Positions 38,049 through 49,883 of a stretch of DNA of 64,000 nt are shown here, in pieces. Both the position numbers and the translations under genes were made by a program. Origin of the DNA: Pelomyxa schiedti (taxonomy: Eukaryota; Protista; Evosea). The notes under the pieces were generated by a model. That model was not told where the DNA came from. It did not search any database and saw only the letters and a program-made list of their open reading frames with translations. The DNA is taken from contig JAHLWZ010000857.1 of assembly GCA_020536535.1 (NCBI GenBank), positions 1 through 64,000 of the forward strand, read 5' to 3'. Within the stretch, counting starts at the first letter, position 1. Each line of letters opens with the position of its first letter.

Positions 38049-40192
38049 TTACCAGTCATCAGGAGGTTTGGTGGTTGAGTGCCCAGTTAACCAAGCCACC
38101 TTTAGGTTAATTTTTCTGATGGCCTCAGTGTCAGTAGGTTGCACTCCTTGATCGTGCATCATCTGTGCAATCATTGTGATAACAGCCCGTAGCGAACAGG
38201 CGTGACGGAACCGAGTTCCGAATATGGTGGTATCAACATACTTGATGTATTCCTGCACCCGCTTCTGTGCATGCAGCTGGAATATGAAGCTGTTGTGGAG
38301 TGTGTTTATCAGCGGGACAATTCCTCCCGGGTGTGTGAAAATGGAGCCGTAGCCTTCGCCGGCTGTGGTGATGCGGCACAGGGCCAGTTCTCCATTGGCT
38401 TTGATTGTGAGGTATGGAGATGGCCGGAAGAATGCTTTGCAGTATAGAACTGAAGGTGGAACGGTCCGGATATCAAAGCCGTCGTTGGGTTCCAGGTTGT
38501 GTGCACCGGCGCCGATATCAATGAAGTTCGTGAGGATGTTGGCCCGGTCGCGGGACAGTAGCTGGATTTTAGCCTCGGGACGTGTGTATGGTGGAAATGT
38601 GTACAGGAGATCGGAAATGCGGACGAGGAATTCTATGAAAACTGGGTCCCTTAATGCGGCAGGGTTCAGTAAAATTGAGGCCCGTGCTTGTAGTCCCGCT
38701 TTTCTTACAATCGGAATTCCACGCATTATCTTGTCAAACAAGCCAGGGTGGCCCCTAAAATATTTTTGGAGGTACTGGTGAATTTGGGTTCAAACCTATT
38801 TGCGTCATGTACTGCCGCTGTTGGGCCATCAATGCTGAACCCAACGTGAGTGACACCTGCTCTTTTGAGCTCTGCCAAGTAAGCAGGGACATCGGGGTAA
38901 CAAACACCTGCTGCAGTGAAGTTCGTTTGCTCCAGAAACCACCCACTTGATAGTACAACAACGTCAATTCCGCCACACACTTCCGTTGCTTTGGAGGCGA
39001 TATATTGCACAAGATCAAGCCATCCATCTCCAAACTGTGTCACTTCTCCACCAATAAAAGCAAACTGATTGATTCCAATCATCACCATTGCGTCAACAGC
39101 TCTTTTCAGAAGTTCCACATTAGTAGGTGAAGTTGTTGTTCTTTGCACTCGACTATTATAGCAATGGTGGCATGAAAACCCACACTTACTGGTATACTCA
39201 AATATGATTGTATTTACGTTCTCCAATGGGTTTCGCTTGTATTTCAAACGTATTTCATCCAATGACAGAGATGCCCTGGGGATTTTTTCGGCAAATCCTT
39301 TCTCAATGAGTGAATCAAACACTTTCTTGAGCTTAGTGACACCTTCCTCTACTGTGGGACTCTTGATGGATGCAACGTATGGTGAAGAAGAAGCCTGACA
39401 AGATGTAGAATTGGACGAGGACTTGGAATCAGTCCCTCCATTGGTTTTCTCTGAGCTTTCCTGGGGAATTGTAGCGTTAATTGTAGGAGGTGCCAACGAA
39501 GCTGAAGGCACTTCATTCACGCAGCTGCCATTTGATGTCGTTGTGTTCGCTTTGCCATCTGAAACTACAGAATGAGGTGTTCCATTATCCTTACCAGCAT
39601 CAACAGCAACCTTCGTTTCTGCCGGCCCTGATATTCTCCCTAAATCAGTCCGAGGGGGCGTCCTTGTTTCCTCACTTTCACTGACACTATTACAAGTACT
39701 AGTACTCGTAGTAACAGAACTAGAACTGGAAGTGGGAGTGGGAGTGGGAGTCGTGCTGCAGGGAACAGTTTTCCCAGTTGCAGTTGCATTTTCAGTCGAA
39801 GGTGACGTAGCGGGCGCTGTGGTTGTGGCACCAATTTTTTCAGGGTAGGGCATGGCCAGAACTGTGCACAGCGAAGAAAGGATGAAGTTTTCGAGTTCCG
39901 AGTCTGAAAATCCTTTGGGAGTAGCGAGGGTGCTTAATGCAGGATTATGGGAAGCCCCTCCTGGACCCAGGAAGAGAGTCGCCAGCTTGTGCGTCAGGGA
40001 CATGGCGCCGCTGGACGACGAGAGGTACTCCAACGCAGCCTTATGCCCACAGTTGGTGAGTATCACCCTGCCATTATGGGTGGTGAGAGGAGGAAAAAAA
40101 AGACGAACGAACCAACCAGCCATACAACACAAAAGTGGACGAGGGAGGAGGGATTACTGGTAGTGTTCCTCTGCGTCCGACGACGAAGTCAT
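38049..40192 (-). CDS. Radical SAM protein with Twitch/SPASM-like C-terminus
   Basis: CxxxCxxC = CGFSCHHC (39161-39184), FIGGE, VLSSGW, FSIDGPTAAVHDANR/GHPGLFDKIMRGI, C..(LTIKANGELALC). Long Ser/Thr-rich N-terminal region. First exon inferred at 40192. Confidence 0.85.
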
Positions 40193-40325
40193 GCCTGCGT
40201 TTTGTTGTCGGTTTTTTCCGATAGTTACGGGAAACAGATCAGCCGATCGGCCGCGACTTGGTGGGAAGAAAAGGGCGATCGTTCACGAGAAAAACAAACA
40301 AAAAGTCCCGGTTGCGTGCTCACAG

Positions 40326-42624
40326 ATGGACGCGTACCGCGCACAGATACAGGCCCTGAAGCAACAAAAGGCGGCAGGCACGGCCTCCTCTGCGTCGCCG
40401 TCGTCGCTAGGGGGGGCGAGGCCCACTGCCGCGACCACGGGCCTGGCCGCCACGTCGCTGTCCACGTCTGGCACCACTACGCCCAGATCGAATTTGTTGA
40501 CTTTCCAGCCTCGCCGTATCTACTCTTTTTTTTTTTTAATTATCTCTAATTTGTGTTAATTTTTAAAAATAATTAAAAAAATCGTGTCCACAGCTTGTCC
40601 TATTTGTGGCACTGAGTGCAAAGGTACAATTTGCCAGAAATGCGGAAGACCTGTACCACTTTGTATGCACCTCGTCTATGCATTCTTATTGTTTTTCCCT
40701 TGACTTTTTTTCCCCAGCATCTTTTACTTCTCTAGCCAAGCCAAGCACTCTTAGTCCTTCAACTCCATCAACAACATTAGGAACATCTGCAACTCAGACT
40801 CACCCATCACCACCCTCACCATCCACACCCCAAACAACCCTTGCGACATCAGCACCACATACTCCAACAACGAGACCAGTATCTGGGTGTGTCCCTCCTT
40901 GTGAAAGTCTAGCCTTCAACCTCTTTAACTCTTGAACAGATCACAACGCAGTGACAGTTTGACAAACCTATGGCGCAACCAAGGCCAGCCCTCTACCTCA
41001 AGCCCATCCACACCGCAGTCCTCTACTCCCTCCCCCACAATCACACCCACAACTCCCAACTCAAACGCCTCTACACAGCCCAGTGTATCCACTCTCCTCA
41101 TGAGACCAGCCAACCCTCCTCCTAATACCACAAACCGTGTTTCAGTCACTACCCCCATATCCAATGGTACAACTCACCCAACACCAACCACAACAAACGT
41201 GGGGATTGGTGCCCCAACCAACGTAGTCAAATCAGCGGTCGTATTCAATCCTGTTACAGGAGCCCTGGAGACCAAACCAGTAGCTGTGTGTTCACTCTCA
41301 CAAATTAGCATTGTTATTGATCCCTCTATGATGAAATTAATATTAATATACCCCCACCCTATACTAATATGAGTTCAAGCAAACGCAAGGAAAGGCACCC
41401 TCACCTGAAGACCTGCTATCAAAGGCAAGAGCATGGACATCCTCGCCCTCTGGAGGGAATGCTGCCAAACCCACCACTGCATCGCCAGCAATAACCCCTT
41501 CCACCACATCAAAAGTACCTTCCACAGCACCTACTTCAGCGACTCCTGTTTCAATGAACCCTGCACGTATGTCAACAATGCCGGGGCAACCAGGCATGTC
41601 TGATAGAGCAAGGCGTCAATCGAGAATCAATAGACAATCTCGCATCTTAGTTAATAATCAGATGGAGAAGCTAGAAACCATTCTTGCAAGTGAGTAAAGT
41701 TTGGTGATAGTCACTCGGATTCACTTTAAAATAGATGTATCTAAGTTGGAGAAAAGGATTGTAGCAACAGGTAATATTCTATTCTTCATAGCTTTTCCTA
41801 ATTTCTTTCCTGTCCTGTAGAGGCGGCGCGACAGCAGGCAGAAGAAAGTCTCATAGAAATAGCCATTGGGAAGATGGAGCAAGACGAAAAAGTGAACACG
41901 GCCCTGGAGAAAGTCAACTCCTTATTAACAGACTTCAACTCCCTCTCACATGCCGAACTGCACACACGTCTATGCTCCCTTAGGTGATTTCTTTGTCCTG
42001 CAGTTCTAGTGTAAATCTTTGATAGGGATGGATTGTCGGGAACTGAAGCGGCGTCTCCATCACCATCACAATCACAATCACCCCCACCACCCAGCTCCTC
42101 CACACCACCACCCCCACCACCACCTCCTAGTGGCACTTTCATTGCGTCTCATCACAGAACTAACAGTAATACACCTCCAGCACCCCCTGCCCCCAGGAGT
42201 ACACCTCAATCAACTTCCAATACCTCTGCTCCGGTTAATACAAGTATGTGCTCAAAGTCCACATACATTTGTCAGTGTATAACTTGTTCTCACAGTGGAT
42301 CTTCTTGCTCAAATAAAAAGCGGTGCCAAACTGAAACCTGTTGATGTACAACGCCTAAAAGAGGTACCCCAGCTACAAAAACCTTCAGAATGGCACTGAC
42401 CTTGAAAACAACCAGCAACACGCAACACAAAAGGCTCAATCCAGCAGATCTGGGAGAAAATCAGTAATGCTAGTGAAAAGCTTGGAAGATACAATCAGTG
42501 TGTTGCACTTTCACTCTCTGTTCCCCCAAAGCCAACACTCAACACAGGATCTGCATTGCAAATGAAGTTCCAGATGGGTGACGACGAAGATGACGACTTT
42601 GGAGATGAAGACGACTTCGAGTGA
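40326..42624 (+). CDS. Zinc-ribbon, Ser/Thr/Pro-rich, coiled-coil, poly-Pro, WH2-C-acidic (WCA-like) protein (multi-exon)
   Basis: CPICG..C....CQKCG (40594-40652), PPPPPPPP, DLLAQIKSGAKLKPV (WH2, 42298-42342), LEDTIRSALQMKF helix, terminal GDDEDDDFGDEDDFE-stop. Confidence 0.7.
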
Positions 42625-42846
42625 TGATCACGACCAGGACCTCCTCTCCCACCGCTTTTTTTTTGTTTTTCTGGTGTTTCTGATCCCGAAAGGCACATTG
42701 ACACCAGCGCAGGGGAACTACTCCTGCCAGTTCCCTCATCAGTTGCTGTAAAGGGAAAAAATAATAATCCGAAACAACGCGTTTGGCTCAGTCACACCCA
42801 GATCTACCAAAAATACAATAAAAACAAAAAAAAGATAGAGAGGGTG

Positions 42847-45800
42847 ATGGACGCGTTCTCGTTTCTCAAGAAGGACGATGAGTTGGGTGAGTCACGCCCA
42901 AACGACAACAACCACGAACTACGACACTAATCCATCTGCATCGTTGAACGCCCATTCACACTTCCACCTCACGACAGCGTACTACAAGGAAAAAAAAAAA
43001 AACCCCAACACAAAAATACACGACCCAACAACAATAAAACTCTGATCGAAAAACTGGGGAACAGGGAGTGTATTTCAGAATTTGGATAAGGGTGCCGTGT
43101 TGCAAGAGAAAAGGGTGTTCCATGAAAGCCCTTTGAACGTGCGGAAGTGTAGACTTGCTTTGAGCCAAATCCTCTATGTTCTCAATCAAGGTGAAACCTT
43201 CACGAAGACTGAGGCAACAGATTTGTTCTTTGCTGTCACTAAGCTCTACCAGTCTCAAGATGTATGCATCAATTTGCTTTGATTTTTCTTGCTCAATTCT
43301 CTACTCTTCTCCTGGAAGATTTACTTGCGGTTGTTGATGTATCTTATGATAAGGGAGCTCACATCACTGACAAGTGATAGTATTATTGTGATTAGCTCCC
43401 TAACTCGAGACATGACAAGCAAAAATGACCTTTACAAGTCGAATGCCATGAGGGTTTTGTGGAGAATTTTGGATGTATGTGCTGGAGATTGGTTCCATCT
43501 TTATTGTTTTGTATTCCTTATCCATTACCTAACACCAAAACTAGAATACAATGCTTCCACAGTTTGAACGTTATTTCAAGCAAAGTATTGTGTACACTGA
43601 TCCCAGTATCGCAAGTGCAGCTCTTGTGTCGTCAGTTCATCTAATTCGCACTTGTCCTGATGTCGTAAGTTACCTTTAATTCCAGATCCAAGCTAACTCT
43701 TTCAGGTTAAACGGTGGTCCAATGAAGTCTCTGAAGCACTTCAATCCCGCAATCTTATGGTTCAGTACCACGCATTTGGTCTCCTTTACTACATCAAGCA
43801 GCACGACAAACTCGCAGTTGCTAAATTGATTGCTGGAACATTCTCTCTTATTCAAGCATCCAAGTATCTTTCTTAATTCAGGGCTATCTCTGAATGTAAT
43901 TTCAGGTCTCCGTATGCTCACTGCCTATTAATCCGACTGGCTAAAAAAATTCTTGAGGAAGGGATAGAAAAATCAGCGTGTGTACTTTCGGTCATACCCG
44001 AAATCCAATCATTTCTTTTAGGGAAGCTCCATTGTTTGAATATATCGCCCACTCCCTTCGCAATAACAGTGACATGGTTGTGCTTGAAGCTGCACGAGCG
44101 TTATGTGACCTACCCCAGGCCACCCCAAAGGATGTTGCCCCAGCTGTTAGTGGTATTTCAACACTTCAAACTTGCACTTTCTTTACTTGTTATTACAGAT
44201 TTACAATTATTCTTAAACACTGCAAAGCCTGCCCTACGATTTGCAGCAGTACGGACTCTTAATAAGGTATTCTGGGTGTAAGTTTTACCTTTCTCACTGT
44301 TAATTTTACTACAGCTTGCCAATAAGTATCCAATTTTGACCAGTTTGGCCAACTTAGATTTAGAGGCGCTGCTTTCTGATCCAAACAGGAACACTGCTAC
44401 ACTGGCCATCAGTTGCCTGCTCAAGGTAGCCACGGTATTAGAAGCAACCTCATTTTATGTAGATAACTGGAAGTGAACAAAGTGTTGATAAACTAATGAA
44501 ACAAATATCTGGTTTTATAACTGATATCCCTGATGAATTCAAAATTCAAGGTTCGTTCACGTGAACGAAATCAAACTTAACACTCAAAAAAAGTCATCGA
44601 GGCAATTCGTACTCTGTGTCTCAAATATCCCTCAAGACACCGTTCTTTGATGACTTTTCTCTCAAACATGCTTCGTGAGGAAGGAGGTTTTGAGTACAAA
44701 CAAGTTGTTGTAGAAACCTTCTTCACGATAATTTCATCTATCCCCGATGCTCTCGAATTTGGTTCGCTATTCTCCCCAACCTTCTGTGCTGGGCTTATTC
44801 TTATGTAGGGTTAACACAGTTGTGTGAGTTTATCGAAGATTGTGAATATGCCTACCTATCTACAAGAATTCTGTATCTTCTTTCGCAAGAAGGTCCGAAA
44901 ACTGCAACTGCAGGGAAATTCATTCGTTATATATACAACAGGTAATCTTTTTCGTTCGTTGTGGGTTCTCATATTTTCATCAGAACGACACTGGAGACCG
45001 CCCCTGTTCGAGCTGCAGCAGTGAGCGCCCTTGCAAGATTTGGTGTCAAACTTCCTTCTCTTCAAAGCCAAGTCCTCATCCTACTCAAGCGGTATTCCAG
45101 TTCTTTCTCCTTGACATTATTTTATTAACCCTTACAGGTGTATGAGTGATAGTGATGATGAGGTAAGAGACAGAGCTGCTTATGCTGTCCGGGTTTTTGA
45201 AAGTGGAGACTCCACATGCATTAACAACTTCGTTCTTCCGAGTTCTCCCCCACTGTTGAGTAATTTGAATCTTGCCCTGCAACAATATCTGGAAGGTGGT
45301 GCTGAAACCCCTTTTGATATTTCGGCAGTTCCACAACAATACACTGCGCCTCCCTCAAAGCAAAATCAACCCCAATCACAATCACAATCACCTACACCAA
45401 CACCAGCCCCAGCACAAACACCCGGACCAAACGGGCCGGCAATATTATCAATGCCCGAGTTTGCCCTGATAGCAAAATCCTATTTCAAATCCTGCGCCCC
45501 AGTGCATCTAACAGAAAAAGAGACAGAGTATGTCGTGTCGTGCGTCAAGCACATTTTTACTCAGGATATTGTTCTTCAGGTTTAATGATTCCACCTGTTA
45601 TTTACCAAATTTCCTTACTCCCGTAGTTTGATGTACTTAATACAATGAAATCTGAGCAGTTAGAAAATGTGCATGTTGAATTAATTCCTGCCGAAGGAAG
45701 TGAGAGCTTTACAATTTCTAAGGTGTGCCATTGCTTTGGTTCCTGTGTCTCATTTTTCTCCAGATTATTCCTGCAGCCCAGATACCCTTCGACACAACTG

Positions 45801-46495
45801 TTTCATGTTATGTCCTTATCAAAGCCCCCAAGGGAGCTTCTCCAGGTAGGTCATTTCTGGGAAAACTAGTCCATTGAGTGGGACCTAGGCAGTTTTGGGA
45901 CCACGCTGAAATTCATAGTGAAAGAGGTAGATTCTTCCGGCGAAGTTGAAGAAACTGGTTCAGAGGAAGAATATCCAGTACTCTATTTATTAAGTTGTTC
46001 TTACTCCTTAATCATGCTACAGCTGGAGACTCTGGAAATCGCCGTTGGGGATTTCATCACTCCACTGACCACCTTTAACGTACAAACGGATTGGGAAGCG
46101 CTCCAGCAGGAAGCAGTCGAGACATACAACTTGTCTACTGTGAAAACGCTACAAGGTCTTCCAATCTTTTTTTTCCTTCATATATTCTGAATTACCATTT
46201 TCCAGATGCTGTTAACGAATTGATGTCTTTCTTGTCAATGAACGCGGATACTAAATATGCCAAAGTCGAGGAGAGAGCTAAAAAACACATACTCTTCATG
46301 TCGGGCACCTTCATGGGTGGCATTACAGCAATTGTGAGAGCGAGAATGAGAATCGATCCCAGTGGGACAGGTCAGTTCCATTATCCACGGCACGGTATCG
46401 AACCACAACACTAACCACCAACAGGTGTAAACCTAGAACTTACTGCACGGTCCTCTGTGCAAGAAATATCGCAGCTAATAGCCTCTTCTGTTTAA
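42847..46495 (+). CDS. COPG: Coatomer subunit gamma (multi-exon)
   Basis: [81 protein letters not shown]. Confidence 0.96.
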
Positions 46496-46603
46496 ATGCT
46501 CCACCGTTTTTGCCCACGCCACTCCCCAACAAATACGGAAACCCTTTGAGAGACAAATGTCGTTCAGCTCCACGCTTTTTTTTTCCCATAAGACATCAAT
46601 AAC

Positions 46604-47689
46604 ATGGATTTCGTAAAGATACTAGACAGCCGGGACACCACAACTTGTGTTCTGGCGTCGGACAGGGCAACCTGCACCCAAGCGGGTATTACTTATGATT
46701 CGATTGATGGGCTGTTGTGCCCGCAAACAACTTTTCGACACATAAGCTCCCCTTATGCTTATCGCCAGTGTATGTGATACAGAAGAGGGCAGCCAATGAA
46801 GAGGAGGCGAGGGGCGTTGTGGAAAGAGGAGTGGCGTGCGATGCAACTCTGGTGCAAAGGAATGACAAGTATGCCCAGTACTCAGTTACTGTACCAGACC
46901 AAATCACAGTTAACACCATTTTCCCCGCCACACCAAAGTAAGTCCTTTATTTTTCTTCGCTAAGGGTTGACGGCATTGCAATTTCAACTTTAGGGATATT
47001 GCAAAATATTCTCATGTTAACAGCTTCGTTCTGCGGGAAACTCCTGCACTTTATCACTCAGTTACCCTTCCCTATGTAGATTCCTTGCCTGCCGAAGAAC
47101 TATCTTGGGTAACTCATTTAATTGATGGTACTTCCCACCTAAGGCTATTTGGAACTCCTAACTTCCTCATTTTCAGGTACAAGCGAACAGGACCGCGTTC
47201 TCTGTCAGTCGCCCACAATGGTCCTCGTAAAGGACACAAAGTGGCACACAAGTGATGCGAGTTCCATGTATCTTCTTGCTATAATCAAGTTCCCTCCGGG
47301 AAGGAATTTGCGCAGCATCAGGGACCTGCGTGGCGACGATGTGCCAATGCTACTCGACGTCAAGGAGGCAACTTTGAAAATAGCCCTTGAAAGGCAAGGT
47401 TTGAAATGGCTCGTTCCACACTCACCCTCAACAAAATACCAGATTTGGTGTGAAGCCCCGTGACATCTTGGTGTTCTTCCACTACTTCCCATCCTTCTGG
47501 CATTTGCACCTGCACTTTGTGTGTGTGAATTCTGGCAGTTCGTTTGGCAGGAACAACTCGGCTGGAAAGGCCATTCTTTTGGATGATGTCACTGACAATC
47601 TCCTCTCTGACCCATCATATTACGCAAACGCCAAAATCACTGTCATTATTGACAGCCCACAACTGGGTGCCCTCTTTGGGAATCTGTAG
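46604..47689 (+). CDS. DCPS: m7GpppX diphosphatase (scavenger decapping enzyme; multi-exon)
   Basis: NDKYAQY, TVNTIFPAT, LRSIRDLR, FFHYFPSFWHLHLHF (HIT triad), KAILLDDVTDNL. The start is uncertain. Confidence 0.9.
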
Positions 47690-47721
47690 TAGCACAAATA
47701 AATTTTCAAATGCTTCGTATT

Positions 47722-49609
47722 TTACGTTCTCCGTTTCTTTGGATCAGGTGGTGTTGCTTGTTGTTCTTGTATGGGGGTGTTTTGTGGGGGGTGTTCTGTT
47801 CCTTTGTTTGAGGGCAGTTCTTGTTTGGTGGCCTCAGTTCCTTTGATATTGGGTGTGTGTGTTGGGGTTTCTTCTGTTGTTGGTTCTTCCTCGGTGCTTT
47901 TTGGTGGGTTATTCTCGTTCGGTTTGGCAATGTCTGTTGTTGTACTGCCGGTGTTGTTACTTGTATTAGTTGTGTTTGTGGTGTTATCATCGGTTATTGT
48001 ACTGCTGGTTTTGTTTGTTGATACCTTTTCTGTGGGTGCTGAAGGTTCACAAGGTGCTGGTTCTTTCTCGGCGTTTTGGGGTGAAATAGTGTGGGAAGAT
48101 GAAGATTTGTTTACTACAGGGGGCTGTGTTTCGGTGGACTTTGGTGGTGGGGGAGGTGGTGATGTGGATGAAGGAGTTGCGGGAGGTGGTGGTTGTGTAT
48201 TAGACACATGTACTGTATTTTCCAAGCCTGTCCAAAGTCATTTCCATCAGTTTGTGGGAATGTGGTAGAAAGTGGAGACATACTCTGGGCTTGGATAGCT
48301 GGTTCTGTTTGTGGGAATTGCTCAGGAGCCATCAAATACTGTTGCTGCAGCAACATTTGCTGGTACTGAGCTATAAAGATGGATTATTCTATAACATCTT
48401 AAAGCACCGCCTCAGTTACCAGGGTCATAAGCATAAGGCATCATTCCGGCACACAGTGCCATTTGAGGGTCAATGGCGCCCGATTGCACCATGGCGGTTT
48501 GCTGCAAAACCCGTTTAACAAAGAGTTGAAAAAGGGAAGGGAGGGAACAGGAATGTACTAAGAAAGAAAAGATAGTGAAATGTTATAGAAGAGGCATAAC
48601 CATTAGTTGGTAATCTGCGCCATAGTATGGCTGTAAAGTTTGGTCCAGAAAATCCCTGGAGGGAAACTTTACGTGGGATGAAAATGGGAAAAAGTTGTAA
48701 AAAGGATGCGAGGGAGTATCAATTAAACTTGAGGTGGAAAGGTACAAACCATACCGCGTTCGATTGTTGTTCACTTTGACAGTTAAATCTGTAAGGTGGG
48801 AAAATTGCACATCAATTGTAAACTGGCCAAGGGATTCTCCGGCATAGAATGTATAACTAGTGAACATCGTTTTTGCTTGTTTTGCTCCCTCAACCATGAA
48901 GTACTGAACTAAGGCTTGTACTCCTACTTGAAAAGGGTGAACTGTGTAGAATGAATGTTGGTTTCTTTATAAACCAGCTTCTTTGTTCATAATGACTATC
49001 TTATGGATTTGCCCGTACTGTGAAAAAAGCTGATACACAAAATCGACATTGATGAGATTGAGCATGGTTTCTCCCAATTGTTCATGCATTGGATTATAGA
49101 AAGTAACGAGGATGATTTTATTGCTCGTGCTTTCCGCACTGAGTTCTCCATGAATTGAGAACCCAGCATATACATTACGACCACTTAAAAATAAAACATA
49201 AGCTCAAACCAAAAATAGATGGCAACCAAACCCTAGTCTAAGCTGTGATGTGGTGCTGTGACTAATGAAATTGATGGCTGCTGTTAAGTCCCTCATTTGT
49301 ACCATAGCCTGCTTCTTTGCTTTCATCAAAACAACCTTCTCAACAGCCCCAAAAGGAGTGAATATAGAAAGTAATTCCTCCTTTTTTTTGTTTCGAGAAG
49401 AGTAAAGGGAGGTGGGGAAAAAAAAAAAGGAGTGAATACATCCAGTTATTACAAAATACATCTACAGACCACAAAACAAAGCAACGGCCAAAATACAAGC
49501 AGTGTGGCAGGGGATTAAATACTTGAGTAGTGTCAGTTGGCACATTGCGTATGTGTACCACACGCGATGGTGCTTTTTCAAACGACACCTGCCCAATTCT
49601 GCCTGACAT
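47722..49609 (-). CDS. Polypyrimidine-tract-binding / hnRNP L-like RRM protein with low-complexity C-terminus (multi-exon)
   Basis: PSRVVHIRNVP, FGAVEKVVLMKAKKQAMVQM, VQALVQY, IDVQFSHLTDLTVKVNNNRTRDF. Confidence 0.85.
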
Positions 49610-49883
49610 TTACTTGACTGTTCACTCTTTAAGTTTTGTGTCCGCCGTTTCCCCTCACTCGTACTCCCCACAGTATTGGCACACCTTCCAGACCACAAAC
49701 GCAATTGGCTCTTCAAATAAACCCCTGGTACGAAAAAGGAAACGTGTGATGAGATTGCGATTTTTTGTTATTTGCAAGACTCACTGCACATGGTACAGTC
49801 AATGGTGGATTGTTTTGTTTTGAGTTTGTGTTGTGCTGCGCTACTGTGTGGTGGTTGCCTCTGGTGATAGTGGCGGTAGTGTC

